The notes under the pieces are model-generated. The model had not been told where the DNA came from and did no database searches. It saw only the letters and a list, made by a program, of their open reading frames with translations. The translations under genes were made by a program, and so were the position numbers. A stretch of 58,017 nt of DNA from NCBI RefSeq assembly GCF_001194135.2, contig NC_068995.1:29190443-29248459 (forward strand). The letters are read 5' to 3'. How positions within the stretch are numbered: position 1 is the first letter of the stretch; every line of letters begins with the position of its first letter. Of the stretch, positions 37,989 to 51,789 are shown piece after piece. The stretch is from Octopus bimaculoides (lineage: Eukaryota).

Positions 37989-39244
37989 TAATTTCTTACA
38001 CATTGTACAATGCATCTAATTAACAGCTTGCGTACAAGGATACACACGCGTACGGGGTCTTTATCAACAACGAATCAGGCAGATATAGAAAAAATTATAA
38101 CGCCTGATATTTTCTATAAGCATGATTCCAAATGTATTGCAAATGTTGAAATATCGTTAAATTGAAATATCAGCTCTTTAAATGCAAAATGTACTTCAAA
38201 GAGCTTCCTACCATTTAATATCTAACCGAAAATTTGACAGGATTAACTGAATTCTTAGAGTGTTGCCTAGAACTCTTTCTACGATATCTGATTCAGTTTA
38301 CTATGGTCTCAGCTCAACATTGCCTTTCATTCTATCGAGGCTTGATAAATAAAATACTCGCACCGGTTTTGCTTCTTTTCTCCTTCTTTATAGATTGTAT
38401 CTGTAATACCAAGGTTCAGCCTTCTCACATTGTGTCATGCTGATTCGGTTGAGAATAACATTAAGGGTACACGAGTCAGTGTTCGTTTGTATATCTTATA
38501 CATCGACTACAAAGTCTATAGACATATAAATGTATAGAGATATGCTAAAATATACAGATAAATACACAACACAACCTACCTACATACACATACGTAAACG
38601 CACATATATACTATATTGTGTGTGTGTGTGTGTGTGTGTGCGTGTGTGTGTGTGTGTTTCTGTAATGTTTTCATGTGAATGTGTTCGTGCATTCCGAGTA
38701 GCTAGATAAAGTCTTCTAGTAGAAAACTGGTAGTTAACACATCAATAAACATCAAGTATAAGTGATAAAATAACTTGAAATACTTGTAAGTAAGTAATGA
38801 AACTCTCAAAATTGCGAAGGCTTTATTGTTAAACCCAGTCATAAAATTAACGAATGAATCTTTCCAGGCCTACAGCACATCACATCTTAGAGCGCTACAT
38901 TATACTGAAACTTTGTAACTAGATCACACTCCCGATACAGAACTACTTCAGACCATTTCATAATAATAAGAGGAATGGTTTCTTCTATATAAGATGAATG
39001 AACCAACAGTAAGTATTGTTTTTATCTAATATTTGTATAATTATATAAAATGATATAAAATTAATACTTAATGATATTAATACGTTGTATTAAGTTAGCA
39101 AGCTGGTAGAATCATTAGAAAATAATGTTTCTCAGCATTCGTTCTTACTCTGCTTTATGATTTCAAATTCCGCCTGGGCCAACTTTACTTTTCATCCTTT
39201 CGGTGTCGATAAAAAAAGTACCAATCTAGTATTGGAGTCAATGA

Positions 39245-41090
39245 CCGAAAAAGTTTACAGACCTCCACGAAACCATAGTAATACAGCAAAAAAGAAAGCA
39301 TATCAAAAGGGTAAGTACCATTGTAGCTAACAAAACTAAGAACTTGCCTCAGACTACCGTGTAATTCAGGTATCTACTAAATACATGGAAACGTTTGGAT
39401 AAGTAGGGAATTCATACCAACACACGAAAAGCACTTAATGCCTGATAAACAGAAAGACTGTTGAAAAGAAAACAAAAAAATAAAAAAACAATTAATTAAT
39501 GATTGACAAGATGACCTTGAGAAATTACAGAAAATGATTGACAAATTTATACCTGAAGTGAATCAATAACAAAATGATGTACGACATAGTCCCACATTCG
39601 TGGATCAAGCGGTGCCTAGAAATCTTCAAGATCCTGGAAACGTTTGTTGTTTGTTAAAAATCTCAATGCGTATTAGTAAGTAGAATTAACATCAGGAGAA
39701 GAAAATTTGAAAGATATACAGATCAGAAGAGAAAGCTTCCAATGAGACAGCCTTTCTATCATCATATTTTTAATGGCACTGATCCTTTTGTCGATTACAC
39801 TAAATGAAATTTAGGAAGGGTGCTCATTGGGAAAGAATAGTGGTGAAAATGAATTCACCCCATTTGTGGAGGATTTGTTTTATGGCAAAAACAAGAACCT
39901 ACTGGATTCATTAGTGCAAATTGTATGACCTTTTAATAACGACAATGTGATGACTTTTGGTACCGAAAAGATGCTATGAGAGAGATGAAACGGTGGAAAA
40001 AACACGAATTGATCAACCTAATAATGAGAATATATAATTATTCAATACAGAAGAAAAATAAATATCTTATACATCTGGTATCCTTAATTAAAGTGCGGAA
40101 TAGAAAATATTGTACAGAGGAAGGATGATCTTGTTGATATCGACGACAAAAAACAAAAACAAAAAAAAAGCGATGAACTCTCAACGTATTTCCAATCTGA
40201 TGTGGATCGATTATACAGCAAAAGAGCAGAAGAAGGAAGAAGGTTAATGCGTATCGAAGAGATATGAGAACTAAAGAAGACAAGTTTAGGATCAAGTCTA
40301 GAAAAGGAGAAACATTATTTCAGAAGGTAACGAGTTAAAGAATATTTACAGAATCTGTGGAACCTCGAAGGGGAAAACAGGTAAGTGTGAAAGTGGATAT
40401 CAAAATTCTAAGAAAGGTTTCACTCATCATTTTCCAAAAACGTACAAGAGATAAGGGATTACGATGACAGTTGACTATGGATAAAGGAAAAGGTGATGAA
40501 GAAAGGGACCGAAAGAATATTCTTGGCAACACAGGAACAGGTTTTTAGTGTAATTTGGATAAAAAAGATGATAGATCATCAGGATTGTTCACCCACATAC
40601 AGAATATACGATAACACAGATGAGACCATGGCTCATATTGTATTGGAATGTTTACAGTTAGCTCAGAGTGAATAGAAAAAGTGTAGGAATGATAAGATTG
40701 TTACAATAATACACTGGAATGTTTGCGGGAAATCTGCTTTTGAATGCACAGAAAAACTTTATGACTATTGTGTAGAAACAAGTGCAAATCTTCGCAAATG
40801 ATAAAGAATGTTGCGGTAAGACAAACAGGAAGAAAACAACACAGCAGACCTGATAATGCTGTCGACATGAAATGCTCATTTGACATGAGAGTGAAAAGAA
40901 CAAGAAATCATTGTATTATACCAGCGTGATGTATGAAATCTTGGGTCGTGTTACTGCCGATCATTATTTGAGCCTCGGAGGAAAGTAGCAAAAAATTTGA
41001 GAACAAAACTTTGAAAAGCTTGATCCTATCCTGTTAGTGCAGGAAATATGTCTACTAGGTTCAGCAAGAATTATCCGAAAGCCCTAAATA
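39245..41090 (+). mobile_element. Heavily decayed R4/Dong-type LINE (RT to C-terminus)
   Basis: MPDKQKDC..KQLI.D, YDIVPHSWIKRCLEIF, KKGTERIFLATQEQV...ETMAHIVLEC.QLAQSE, and QEICLLGSARIIRKAL. Confidence 0.7.
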
Positions 41091-44000
41091 CAATATTAGA
41101 ACAAATATGAAAATCACAAAAAAAAAGCTTTTCAACAGAAAGTACGAAATGCTCCTCAAATTATACCTCGTGTCTGGATTCGATAGGAAGCATAATTAAA
41201 TCGAGTAAACAGCACTTCCATGAAATAACAGATCGCAGTAATAATCATACATCAACTAGCAAGAGAGTTTCTACATGGGTGCTTGACTTATTAGAGGTAG
41301 AAAACAAATTCTCAAATCACTCAACCCACACTGCCGTTTTGAAAAAGGAATAGTATTTTCCAACATAGCTCTCAACTAATATGATAGCTAGAATACCCTT
41401 GATCAGAGGGCTAAACAACAACAAACTCTAAAATTCCGTATATCAAACCACGTTATGGAGCACATTACGTCACGAACCAAATCTACGTGCTATAGAAATA
41501 GCGACCAAACCTCGAAAATATATAATTGTAACACACATGTAGTGTTTCTTGAATAGTATATAATATAGTTTTAGGTCTAAGTGCAATACTCCTGACGAAG
41601 AACATTAAAGGATAGTAAAAAAGATAAGATGGTAAGATGGTCATAACTTAAATGGTTTTGATCATAGTGTTTCTTGATCAGGGCGATTTTGAGCTAAGCA
41701 ACACCGCCATCTCCAACACAATTCACCAGAGTACTCTTCAACTTATCGTATCTCATCTCACTAAAGTGTACACAATACCGTACGACATTATAATAACACT
41801 ACACAGCACCATACCGTTACACGTTCCACATCACTACACCAAATTATAAAAATTTAAACAAACTACACAATCAACCGCCACTAGACGCCAGTGTTAAATA
41901 CCAATACTATACTCTACACCCCAGCATACCACATCCTAACTCATTTAACAGATTAAGACGTTGCACCATCCTAGACAACAATTTTGCAAATCATACGCAT
42001 ATATAATGCACAACAATGCTAGTCCCCTCTGCACACTAGCACATCACACTGTGTCTCATTTCGACATCCGCACAATATACTATATCATACTATACCGCAC
42101 TGCATTATCATATATTTAACAATACTACTGCACTACATGGATCAGTTTTTTCATTCGCAAAACATGCATTTTATAATAGATAGTATAATAGATAGTAAAA
42201 GAATCCAGGCTCATTGCTTTGAAGGTTTGATGTTGTGGATAAAAATATGGAGAAAAAAGTTACAGGGATTTAAAAATCGAAAAACCTGTATATTTTTAGC
42301 CAATAGCGAGACAGAAATTTTCTGCGTTTAGCGGAGCGGTGTCAACTTTAAGATTGTAGCTGTAGAGTTTAGCGTCTGATCTGTTCATTGTAGGTTTCTA
42401 AATAAACAGAAACACCTAATAAAATCAACATATATCATCTTCCTGTTTCTTTTGTCTCTACATTGATTGCATGGGTTTATTATTTGTTAATTTGTTATAT
42501 TAATATATTTGTCTGCGTATGTTTACTTTATACGTATTTCAGTATTATGTATCCCTGTCATATATTTGTGTACATCATTGATATATAAGTGCATGTGGAT
42601 GTATGTAAGCATATATAAGTTTATATGTACATTTATGCATTCGTGTGTGTGTGTGTGTGTGTGTGTGTGGTGCGTCTCCAAAACTCCAAAATTGAGAAAC
42701 GTTTCCGTGCTTGGATTGTTTAAACTAGATAACAATAACACTGGTCAACAAAGAATTTGTCCCAAGGAAAAGAATACCAGTGTCTTATATGTTTTTGCAT
42801 GCAGAATTCAAAAATAATCTCAAATTATCTGTATCGCCCACAGTTTCTCTGTTCCACGATATCCCTCTCAGTTCCTGTTACGTGGGCTAGATTTCAGTTA
42901 AGCTGTTGAAATGTAAAGCTACGGTTTAAGAAATACTCCTAATTAAAATTTTTATGAATAGAATTAACCTAGTGAAATCATAAATCCAGGTATCTGATTC
43001 AATGAGTCCCCAAAATATATGAAATGAAAATATGTAAAGTTACTAACACAGAAAAAAAAGCACAGAAAAATACTAACACACAGAAGCACAGAAAAATATG
43101 TAATATATTAACACACACAAAAATTAAAACAAAACACGCGGGTGAAAAGAATCTTGTGATGTGAAGAATCAAGTATGAAGACTCAACATAGACAACAGTG
43201 GCACAGACAGCAGTGAATCACACCATATCGTGCGGTTGTCATGGTAACAAGCAGCTAATGCCAAGTTGTCTGTTGATTGGCTAAAATTAACCAAATTTCC
43301 CAACTTTAATTCCAAATAACATCAGATTCTTTAATTTACGAGATAAAGTAATTGGTTGATCGTAATCAAATTTCAGAGTTGCATCGATACACCAAAATTG
43401 AAAGCAATCTGAGCAAAATTATGGGGGTCTCATTTTGCGAATGAGAAAGACTAGATCCCACTACGTTACATAATGCAAACAACCCTCCACATTTCAAAGC
43501 ATTATCCCACGAGAACTCGAGAGATAATCTGCGCGATCGCTTGATTTTCCCTAAATCTCACTCTACTGTAGAAAAGAAAACGGAGATTTTGCCTGGTATG
43601 TAATGGTTTGAGTACATTTGATCAAAAGTTTGATTGATTAGCGCCATCTTGGGACTAAACAACGATTCTACACCGCACCACACTTCCCTACATCACACTG
43701 CGAATATACTACGTCGTAGCACATTATGCCTCACAACATCCAGTTAGTTACATCCGCCTTGGCATTCATCGTTCTACGGTACCGACGTTCCAACTTCACT
43801 TATTTCCTCTACCACTTCAGACAGACCCTGTGAATTTTAATGATGATTATAGAAATTGTTGGAACAACGCAGTAACAGCGGAAGACTACTACTGTTTTTG
43901 CCTATCTTGGTGAGATAGAATCTTCTGGGGACCGAGTAAATCAGCGGGAATCTGGCAGACACCCTATAAATAACCATGTCAAGATTCACCAGTAATTGTC

Positions 44001-45279
44001 CCTGTACATTTGATAATAATTAGCAGAAGATTTATGGAAATTATATATCACAAACACATTTTTAGCAACAAAAAAGACAAAAAATGGGACGGATATGTGG
44101 AGACAGTAACAAATTTATAATCCTTTTTGTTTTCATTTCCTTTCTTTTAAAGAAGCGTTATGTGAATGCGTGTATAATAATACAGATAAATGCAAACATA
44201 CACACACATACATATACACATGCTACACGCGTGTACAAAGCCATGAAGTTGCAGATTGTGTTATACAATAAAAGAAAAGCCCCCAATAAAATTGTTGCCT
44301 ATGCGTGTGTGTTCTTATGAATGAATATTCATCTAATAGTTTTAATTATTTTAAACTGTTTATGTTACAGCATATGTTTCTAATTGAGATAAGGACATTC
44401 TAGAGTATAATTCGGCGTTACATTAATGAATGGCTGTGTACTGAGAATGAGTTTATTGGATTAGATTTTATATACTGTACAGATATGTATGGTTGTTGTT
44501 ATACGTGGTGTAGACGGTGACTATAGCGATCGTTCTAGTAGCAGAGTTGTTTTTCTTTATCTCCCAGGTTAGCTCTAATCGGGCAGACGTTATGATTAAA
44601 GACATTCTAGTTGTGACCATCGCATCTTTTCACATGTGCAGAGAACTGAAGACCACATTATCCGAAGAGTTTCTTTCTAAAACGACAGTTTTGTCTGAAG
44701 AATTGGTTGTTATTTCTAGCAACTTGGTTGACTAGATAAGAAATCCTCGTTGTATCGGTGGCGGCGATGGTCGTTATAGTGATCGTGGTGATCGGCTTAT
44801 TGTTGTTTTTCTTATTGTAATGATAGTAGCTCTGTTCGTGATGTAGTTGATGATATTTTAATCTTATTACAGGAAAAATTCCATTATAACGAATACCAAC
44901 GTAAATAGACTTTTCAGTATAGGGAAACTCATTTCAATCCACAGTCACAATCCTTTTGAAACAGTAAAATGCCATGATATAACGAAATCCGCTGCAAAGA
45001 ATATTTCAATACAACGAAACAAAATTGAACTACTGACAGCAAACATTTCTCACTATTGTGAGAAAAAGAAGTAAAATTAATGCTAAAAACATTTTTGTGA
45101 CAATAATCCGATAAATCAGACTTACAGGTGGTATAAAATATCAATTGAGACACAGACGATTAGAAGTCTTGTCACCTTAAGATTGAGTGAAATGTTGTAA
45201 TTAACATAGAGCTGTGTCAGAGAAGTATAATGATGCTCATGGGAATAAATAGATACACACACATACATATATATATGTA

Positions 45280-45680
45280 GGCGCAGGCATGGGCGTGATA
45301 AGCACAGACGTGGCTGTGTGGTAAGACATTTGTTTCCCAACGACAGGGTTTCTTGTTTAGTCCACAGCGCAATATCTTAGGCAAGTGTTCTCTACCATAG
45401 CTTCGGGCTGACCAAAACTTTGTTAAAAGATTCGCTAGACGGAAACTGAAAGAATCCCATAGTATATATGTATGTGTGTGTGTGTTTTTGTCCTTGTTTG
45501 TTAACTACCACCGCTTGACAACCGATGTGTTGGTTTGTTTGCGTCTCCATAACTTAGGGGTTCGGCAAAAGAGACCTATATAATAAGTACCAGACTCTAA
45601 AAAAATAAGCACTGGGGTCGATTCGTTCGACTAAAATTCTTCAAGGCAGTGCACCAGCATAACCGAAACAAATAGAAAGA
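45280..45680 (+). mobile_element. Composite SINE family A with a duplicated head
   Basis: GGCGCAGGCATGGGCGTG followed by GACGTGGCTGTGTGGTAAG, microsatellite, then the second module. Confidence 0.7.
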
Positions 45681-46020
45681 ATACAGATATATAAGATACC
45701 TAACTCTCTATTGAACTCCAGGTCAGAAATTTCCAGTGGTTGCACGCATAAGTATAAATATATTTTGAAGAATTGGAAAGTTCTGCCTATTCCTGACTGA
45801 CTTGATATTTTTGTAGCCTTATCATTTAAGGTCTAAGAATAGCTTTTACCTTTTCACTTTTTAGTCTTTACATTTTAGTTTCTGTTTTTTTTTTTTTTTT
45901 TTTTTTTTTTGTTTACCGTTTTCCATTGTTTACTGTCTGCGTTTTCTATATGGTTCCTTCTCAGTTTTTTCACGTTTCTTCTATTATTCAATTTCTTTAG
46001 TTCGTTATGATATGTGGATT

Positions 46021-46073
46021 GCGCCTGAAGACAATATTTGAGTTTTCTCAGAATATGAAACTATTAGTAGCGC
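46021..46073 (+). ncRNA. Type I hammerhead-like motif
   Basis: GCGC-CUGAAGA-CA-AUAUUUGAG-UUUU-CUCAGAAUAU-GAA-ACUAUUAGU-A^GCGC. Confidence 0.55.
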
Positions 46074-46193
46074 TTAAATACATGTATTGGGACCTTTAGA
46101 TAAGTAATATTTATTTCTTGCTAGATGGAGTACTTTTTTTGTTGAATTTTCTACCAAGGATCAGTATATTATATATACTTTAGTGGTCAACGT

Positions 46194-46248
<55 letters not shown>

Positions 46249-46353
46249 TTTCCTGAGCATCCAATACCACTGTACTTATTCCACGTCCTCGTGTTGTTGT
46301 TTTTTTCGTATTTTTTCGTGTTTTTTCTTGCTTGTTCATGTTTGAATCGAATC

Positions 46354-46385
<32 letters not shown>

Positions 46386-46539
46386 ATTTAAATGAGAAAG
46401 GGAGAAGTCTGATCGACATTACCATTGTTTCCATATCTCATACAATGTCATACATAAATTTCCTTCGCGATTGATGAGTACGGCATATAAGTATGTATGC
46501 ATGTGTATCGACTAACTCCATCAGGGAGATAGAATTTGT

Positions 46540-46810
46540 CAATACCATTGACCCCGAAAGAATGGAATGTGATGATGACCTAAGAGGGGTTTGAACTGAG
46601 AACATTAAATGCCAAAATAAGTGAAACAATGGTTTACCACTTAGACACAAGCCCAGCAATTTTAAAGGGCGGTGGTTAATCGATAGCGTCGACTGTGAAT
46701 GTATGAAAGACAAAACTGATCTCGGCAGTAAGTGAACTCAGAACGTAAAATATTGGGAAAAATATTGCAAAGGCATTTTATCCGACTTTTTAACGATTCT
46801 GCCGGAAGTT
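46540..46810 (-). mobile_element. SINE family B-like fragments
   Basis: GACCCCGAAAGAATG..GGTTTGAACTGAGAAC and GTGAACTCAGAACGTAAA motifs. Confidence 0.5.
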
Positions 46811-46897
46811 AAAAGAAAAGATGAGAAGTAATGAGAGGAAGAAAATAGGACTGAAGTAAAGGAATCAATTCGAAGACACCTCCCACACACACTCACA

Positions 46898-46984
<87 letters not shown>

Positions 46985-47233
46985 TCTTTCTTTCGTTCTT
47001 TCTCTGTTTCTCATTCTCTCACACGCAGATGCAAGGTCAAGTCTTCAATACAATTAGAAGCTCACATACAAAGCAACAAGAGCGCGCACACGCACGTACA
47101 TACAGACAAACGAACACAAATACACATGAAAACAAATGTGATTGGATTTAAAAACTGCTTCGAACATATACAACTACAGACATATATAGATACCTGTGCA
47201 TGCAGAATCATACATACACTCAACAGAGATAGG

Positions 47234-47268
<35 letters not shown>

Positions 47269-47320
47269 TGCGTGCGTGTGCGTACCAAAAAATATATGCA
47301 TATTAAAATTCATACTATGC

Positions 47321-47357
<37 letters not shown>

Positions 47358-47559
47358 TGTATACATACATGTACATATATGTACATACATTTTGAAAATA
47401 AATCTAGGGCTTCATTCAGTTATTCATGAAGGTTTTCCAATAAACTAAAACAATATGCATATCTATTACGCATATATGTCGCACATACATACTACGGAGA
47501 AGCTAATAGAGTGCGAAAGTAGGAGTTGAAAATAAAATCAGAAACTGCTGAGGCATGTT

Positions 47560-47880
47560 TAAGACCATTTGGTGATGAGTTGCCCAGGCTGAAGGTTAAG
47601 TGTTGATCCTAGTGTTTGAGGGAGTCGTTAAGACCAATGCTGGAGAAAACCATTCAGAGATACGTGTAAATAGTAGTGTCGTGCTGCAGAATCTAGAGCT
47701 CCCTGGTTGTTACAAAGAAAATCGATCGAATGCCCACGAAATCTGTTACCCACAGTAAGGCACAATCAAATTGGTTGACTCTAGATTTGAGCAAATAAGA
47801 GTAGTTATATCGAGGGTGAAGAGACAAGAGAGAAGAAAGGTAACGATGTTACATTGGGTGTGTCGGAGGCTGGAGAAAAC
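47560..47880 (-). mobile_element. Possible L2-clade LINE 3' remnant
   Basis: Weak similarity only (SLHPRYNYSYLLKSRVNQF.., resembling H.....R...F..SF). Confidence 0.3.
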
Positions 47881-48691
47881 AAAAGAAAGTCAAGATTTAA
47901 CCAAAAATTCGACATGACCGCTTCTGAGACTATTGATATTGATACGGCTGAATCCAGTAACCATAGTAAATTGAAAAATGTCTAAGTCAATGGCTGTCCC
48001 CAATCTAACAGTAAAACGATAAACACCCCGCCTAGTGTCCATTTGTTTTGGATTATCAGTTACACCCATGTATCATGCGAACACAGCAAATCTTAATAAA
48101 CTAGTTCCTGAATGTATCTCACATATGAACTTATTCAATTTCTCGCCTTGCTCTGTATCCCTCGCACTTTCTATTTCAATCTCTCTCTTGTTTTCTAAAA
48201 CAGGGTGTCAGAAACTTTTGGTTTATAGAATTAAATTATGGAGTATTTTTTCTTGTGATACAATTTTGATTTACATTTTATTCTAATTAGTTTCTTTTTC
48301 TACAGCAATTGAATCCAAGGGGCTTAAAATATGATGTAATTCATTTATAATTGTAATAATAAGCAATATGTACTCCTTCATTACAATTATGGATACCCTC
48401 TTCTCTTGGTTTTCGTGTCAAGTAGCATTCAAGCATATGGAGGCTTTATGAGGCTACCATTACCTCAGCACCAACACTTGTATAACCGTGTGTGATGTCC
48501 AACAATATAGTTGTCGCTAATACTTAATCTAAGATCAGTTCTGATCAAGAAGACGAATAACGCAATGTGTTCTAGCTATACCCATTCCATTCTTTTGCAA
48601 CTCTATGGCTACCTCTTTTTATGATAACTGTGAGTGGCTTATTTACATTATTTACATTTGACGGATATTTGCCTTCATCTTGTTTGTTGTT

Positions 48692-48737
48692 AACACAACG
48701 TTTCGGCTGATATACCCTCCAACCTTCATCAAGTGTC
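48692..48737 (-). ncRNA. Minimal type I hammerhead (C3U variant)
   Basis: GACAC-UUGAUGA-A-GGUUG-(10 nt)-CAGCC-GAA-ACGU-U^GUGUU. Confidence 0.65.
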
Positions 48738-48786
48738 TTGGGGAAATTTCGAACCTGAGTTCTCATTCCTAAGGTATTTTTCTACG

Positions 48787-48864
<78 letters not shown>

Positions 48865-49230
48865 NNNNNNNNNNNNNNNNNNNNNNNNNNNNNNNNNNNN
48901 NNNNNNNNNNNNNNNNNNNNNNNNNNNNNNNNNNNNNNNNNNNNNNNNNNNNNNNNNNNNNNNNNNNNNNNNNNNNNNNNNNNNNNNNNNNNNNNNNNNN
49001 NNNNNNNNNNNNNNNNNNNNNNNNNNNNNNNNNNNNNNNNNNNNNNNNNNNNNNNNNNNNNNNNNNNNNNNNNNNNNNNNNNNNNNNNNNNNNNNNNNNN
49101 NNNNNNNNNNNNNNNNNNNNNNNNNNNNNNNNNNNNNNNNNNNNNNNNNNNNNNNNNNNNNNNNNNNNNNNNNNNNNNNNNNNNNNNNNNNNNNNNNNNN
49201 NNNNNNNNNNNNNNNNNNNNNNNNNNNNNN

Positions 49231-49286
<56 letters not shown>

Positions 49287-49363
49287 GTAATAATAATGAT
49301 AATAATAATAACAACATCGAAAAATACCTTAGGAATGAGAACCCAGGTTCGAAATTTCCCCAA

Positions 49364-49409
49364 GAGATTTGATGAAGGCTGGAGGGTATATCAGCCGAAA
49401 CGTTGTGTT
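49364..49409 (+). ncRNA. Minimal type I hammerhead (C3U variant, weakened stem I)
   Basis: GAGAU-UUGAUGA-A-GGCUG-GAGGGUAUAU-CAGCC-GAA-ACGU-U^GUGUU. Confidence 0.55.
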
Positions 49410-50604
49410 AACAACAAACAAGATGAGGACAAATATCCGTCAAATGTAAATAATGTAAATAATGTACATAATTCCTCGTCTCTTAAATATAGAACTGAAC
49501 AGTCTGTGGGTTTGATTCAATGGGGATTTGTTTGTTATTTCTAGCAGATCGAGTAACGATGAAAACACTCCCCCATTGGCTCTTCAATGCAGATTACATA
49601 AGTTATAGCAGATATATGACTTTGTCCAAATATGTAAATATCTTATGTTGTTAGGAAGAGACTGTCTGGTAACAAGACGTCAAAAAAAAAAAAAAAAAAT
49701 GGACGACGCATGAAAAAGCTAGGAAGTAACTTATGTGGCAATGGAACTTTCTAACAGATATTAACAATCTCTGCTGGGAACAGCTAGAGAAACCATTACA
49801 TTGGAACCACTAGTGATAGGAAAAAGGAAGAAGTGAATAAAAATATAATTTCCCTTAGATATGAAACAGAGTTAACAAGTTGGACAGGGCATATAATATT
49901 ATAGACAGTATATTGGTGTGCGGCCAGATAAACGGTTATCATAAGGAATCATTATAGAAATCTCGCTCTGAAACCTTCGATTCGTTGACCTAAGGGAGAT
50001 ATGATTGGAAGTATTGATAATGAAAATTCATTCCATTTACTACATGTATCTTTATATTATTCAGACCAATTGTTTTTACCAACTCACTAAATATGTCAAA
50101 GCAAAATGAAGATGAACTATGCACTCTTAAATCAATAACATTACAATGAGCAATCACAAACTAGCGTCGTCTAGGGAAAAAAATATATAATTTTTTGAAA
50201 GGCTGGAAGAAAACCTTTAATAAATTTCTCATGGTACGCTTTTAGATCTTAGGATCTAAACAACAATCAGTTTGTTATTTCATTCAGATTGAGTAATTTT
50301 TGGACAATATCAGTTAATCATTTTTCTAACTCTCTATATTACGTAAACAATTATGACATTAAATGTGATCGAATTTGAAATTGCTGCTGGAATCCAGAAT
50401 GTTGTGTTAGTGGCAGAAATCCAAATTATCTCTAAGTAACTTTTATTCGAATATATACAGTATATATATTTTCATGTGTATGCATACATATATATATATA
50501 CACATATACAATGATACACAAATGCATGTATATATATATATATAGTCTTTAAATCATAAATCCAAAAGAGAAGCACACTCTAAGTTATAGAGCTGTAGAG
50601 TAAT

Positions 50605-50930
50605 TAGATAAAGATAGTTATGGCCGGTCTATGGGGTTACCCTGGGTTTCACGTCCACAAAAAGCATAGATTTACAGCGTTTCTTCAGACTCTAATGTCC
50701 GGTGGCCCATAACCTCTCATCAAGGTAGAGGGGAAAACCCTTTGTCTGAGCGTTCAACAAGACTCGTAGATATTTGTCGAACGCTGTAACAAAGGATTTC
50801 TACCACCACTTTGAAGATACGTTATGGGCCACCGGCCATTAGGGTCTGAAGAAACGCCGTTTAAGCTAAGGGCATTATGGTTGTGAATCCCAGGGTAACC
50901 CCATAGACCGGGCATAACTATTTTTACCTA
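50605..50930. repeat. Foldback (~110-bp arms) with a CTGAAGAAAC motif in each arm
   Basis: GGTCTATGGGGTTACCCTGGG / CCCAGGGTAACCCCATAGACC and GGTGGCCCATAAC / GTTATGGGCCACC pair in nested order. Confidence 0.8.
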
Positions 50931-51327
50931 GTATATATATATATATATTCATACATACATACATACATACATACATACATACATACATACATACATACAT
51001 ACATTCTTTATTTATGATCAGCTATACGCAGATCCCCATTCCAAGTCATTTCAAACCACGACACCCTGTATGCAACAAGCTGTAGGTAAGTAACGAAACG
51101 CATTGTAATCGAATCAAGCGAAACCGAGTTCATTGTACTTGGTACCTTTTGAAAAGTCACCTGACGGGACACATCTGCGCCGATGGATGCAACACCAGTT
51201 CTTCAGAATCTCACCCATGAGAGACCGATGCAAGATGAATTGAAACGATCGTTGTAATTAATAGATAATCTCGTGAATTCCATTTTCTCTTTCTCTCATT
51301 TGCTACATACATACATACATACATACA

Positions 51328-51359
<32 letters not shown>

Positions 51360-51789
51360 AAAGTTTCTGTAAGCCAAATCATGCTCACAAAATATTGATC
51401 GATCCGGTGTAATAATTAAAGACTATGACACAGGGGTGAATAAAAAACTACGACACAGAAGTGAATACAGCATCGCACGATTCCAAATCGACGTCCTTAA
51501 CCAGACAACCTTTGCCTATATGACTCTTACACCATTTTATATTTTCTCAAGTATTTTGCCTTTTCTTCACGAAATCATGGATGCAAATATTTGTTAAATG
51601 TTTACATTCATTTCATAAATCTACAACACCCTTTAAAATTGTTCGATTCACTTTCGGTTAGAAAAGCCCCTACGTGCTTCGGGTGGTCGACTGAGTTGGT
51701 AGATATAGCAGCTAAATTTCTTTCCAATTTTTACCTACCATCTTAAGAAGAAAAATCGAAAGGAACTTTGACAAATAAACTAATAATAA

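Larger units (their letters stand above)
48639..49497. mobile_element. Head-to-head pair of ~160-190-bp hammerhead-bearing repeats (48639-48792 -, 49310-49497 +) separated by (TTA)n-gap-(TAA)n
   Basis: The two copies are reverse complements with several substitutions. Confidence 0.8.

Noticed and set aside
41588-41610. CCTGACGAAGAAC, resembling a hammerhead 5' core
   Set aside because: No stem II partner or GAAAC downstream.
43780-44000. Possible hammerhead (CTGAAGT...GGAACGTC) and a YLGE motif
   Set aside because: The core has several mismatches and there is no stem pairing.
44545-44735. Strong-looking splice acceptor (TTGTTTTTCTTTATCTCCCAG) followed by a 55-codon open frame
   Set aside because: No recognisable protein, no partner exons and no donor site. 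A host exon cannot be supported.
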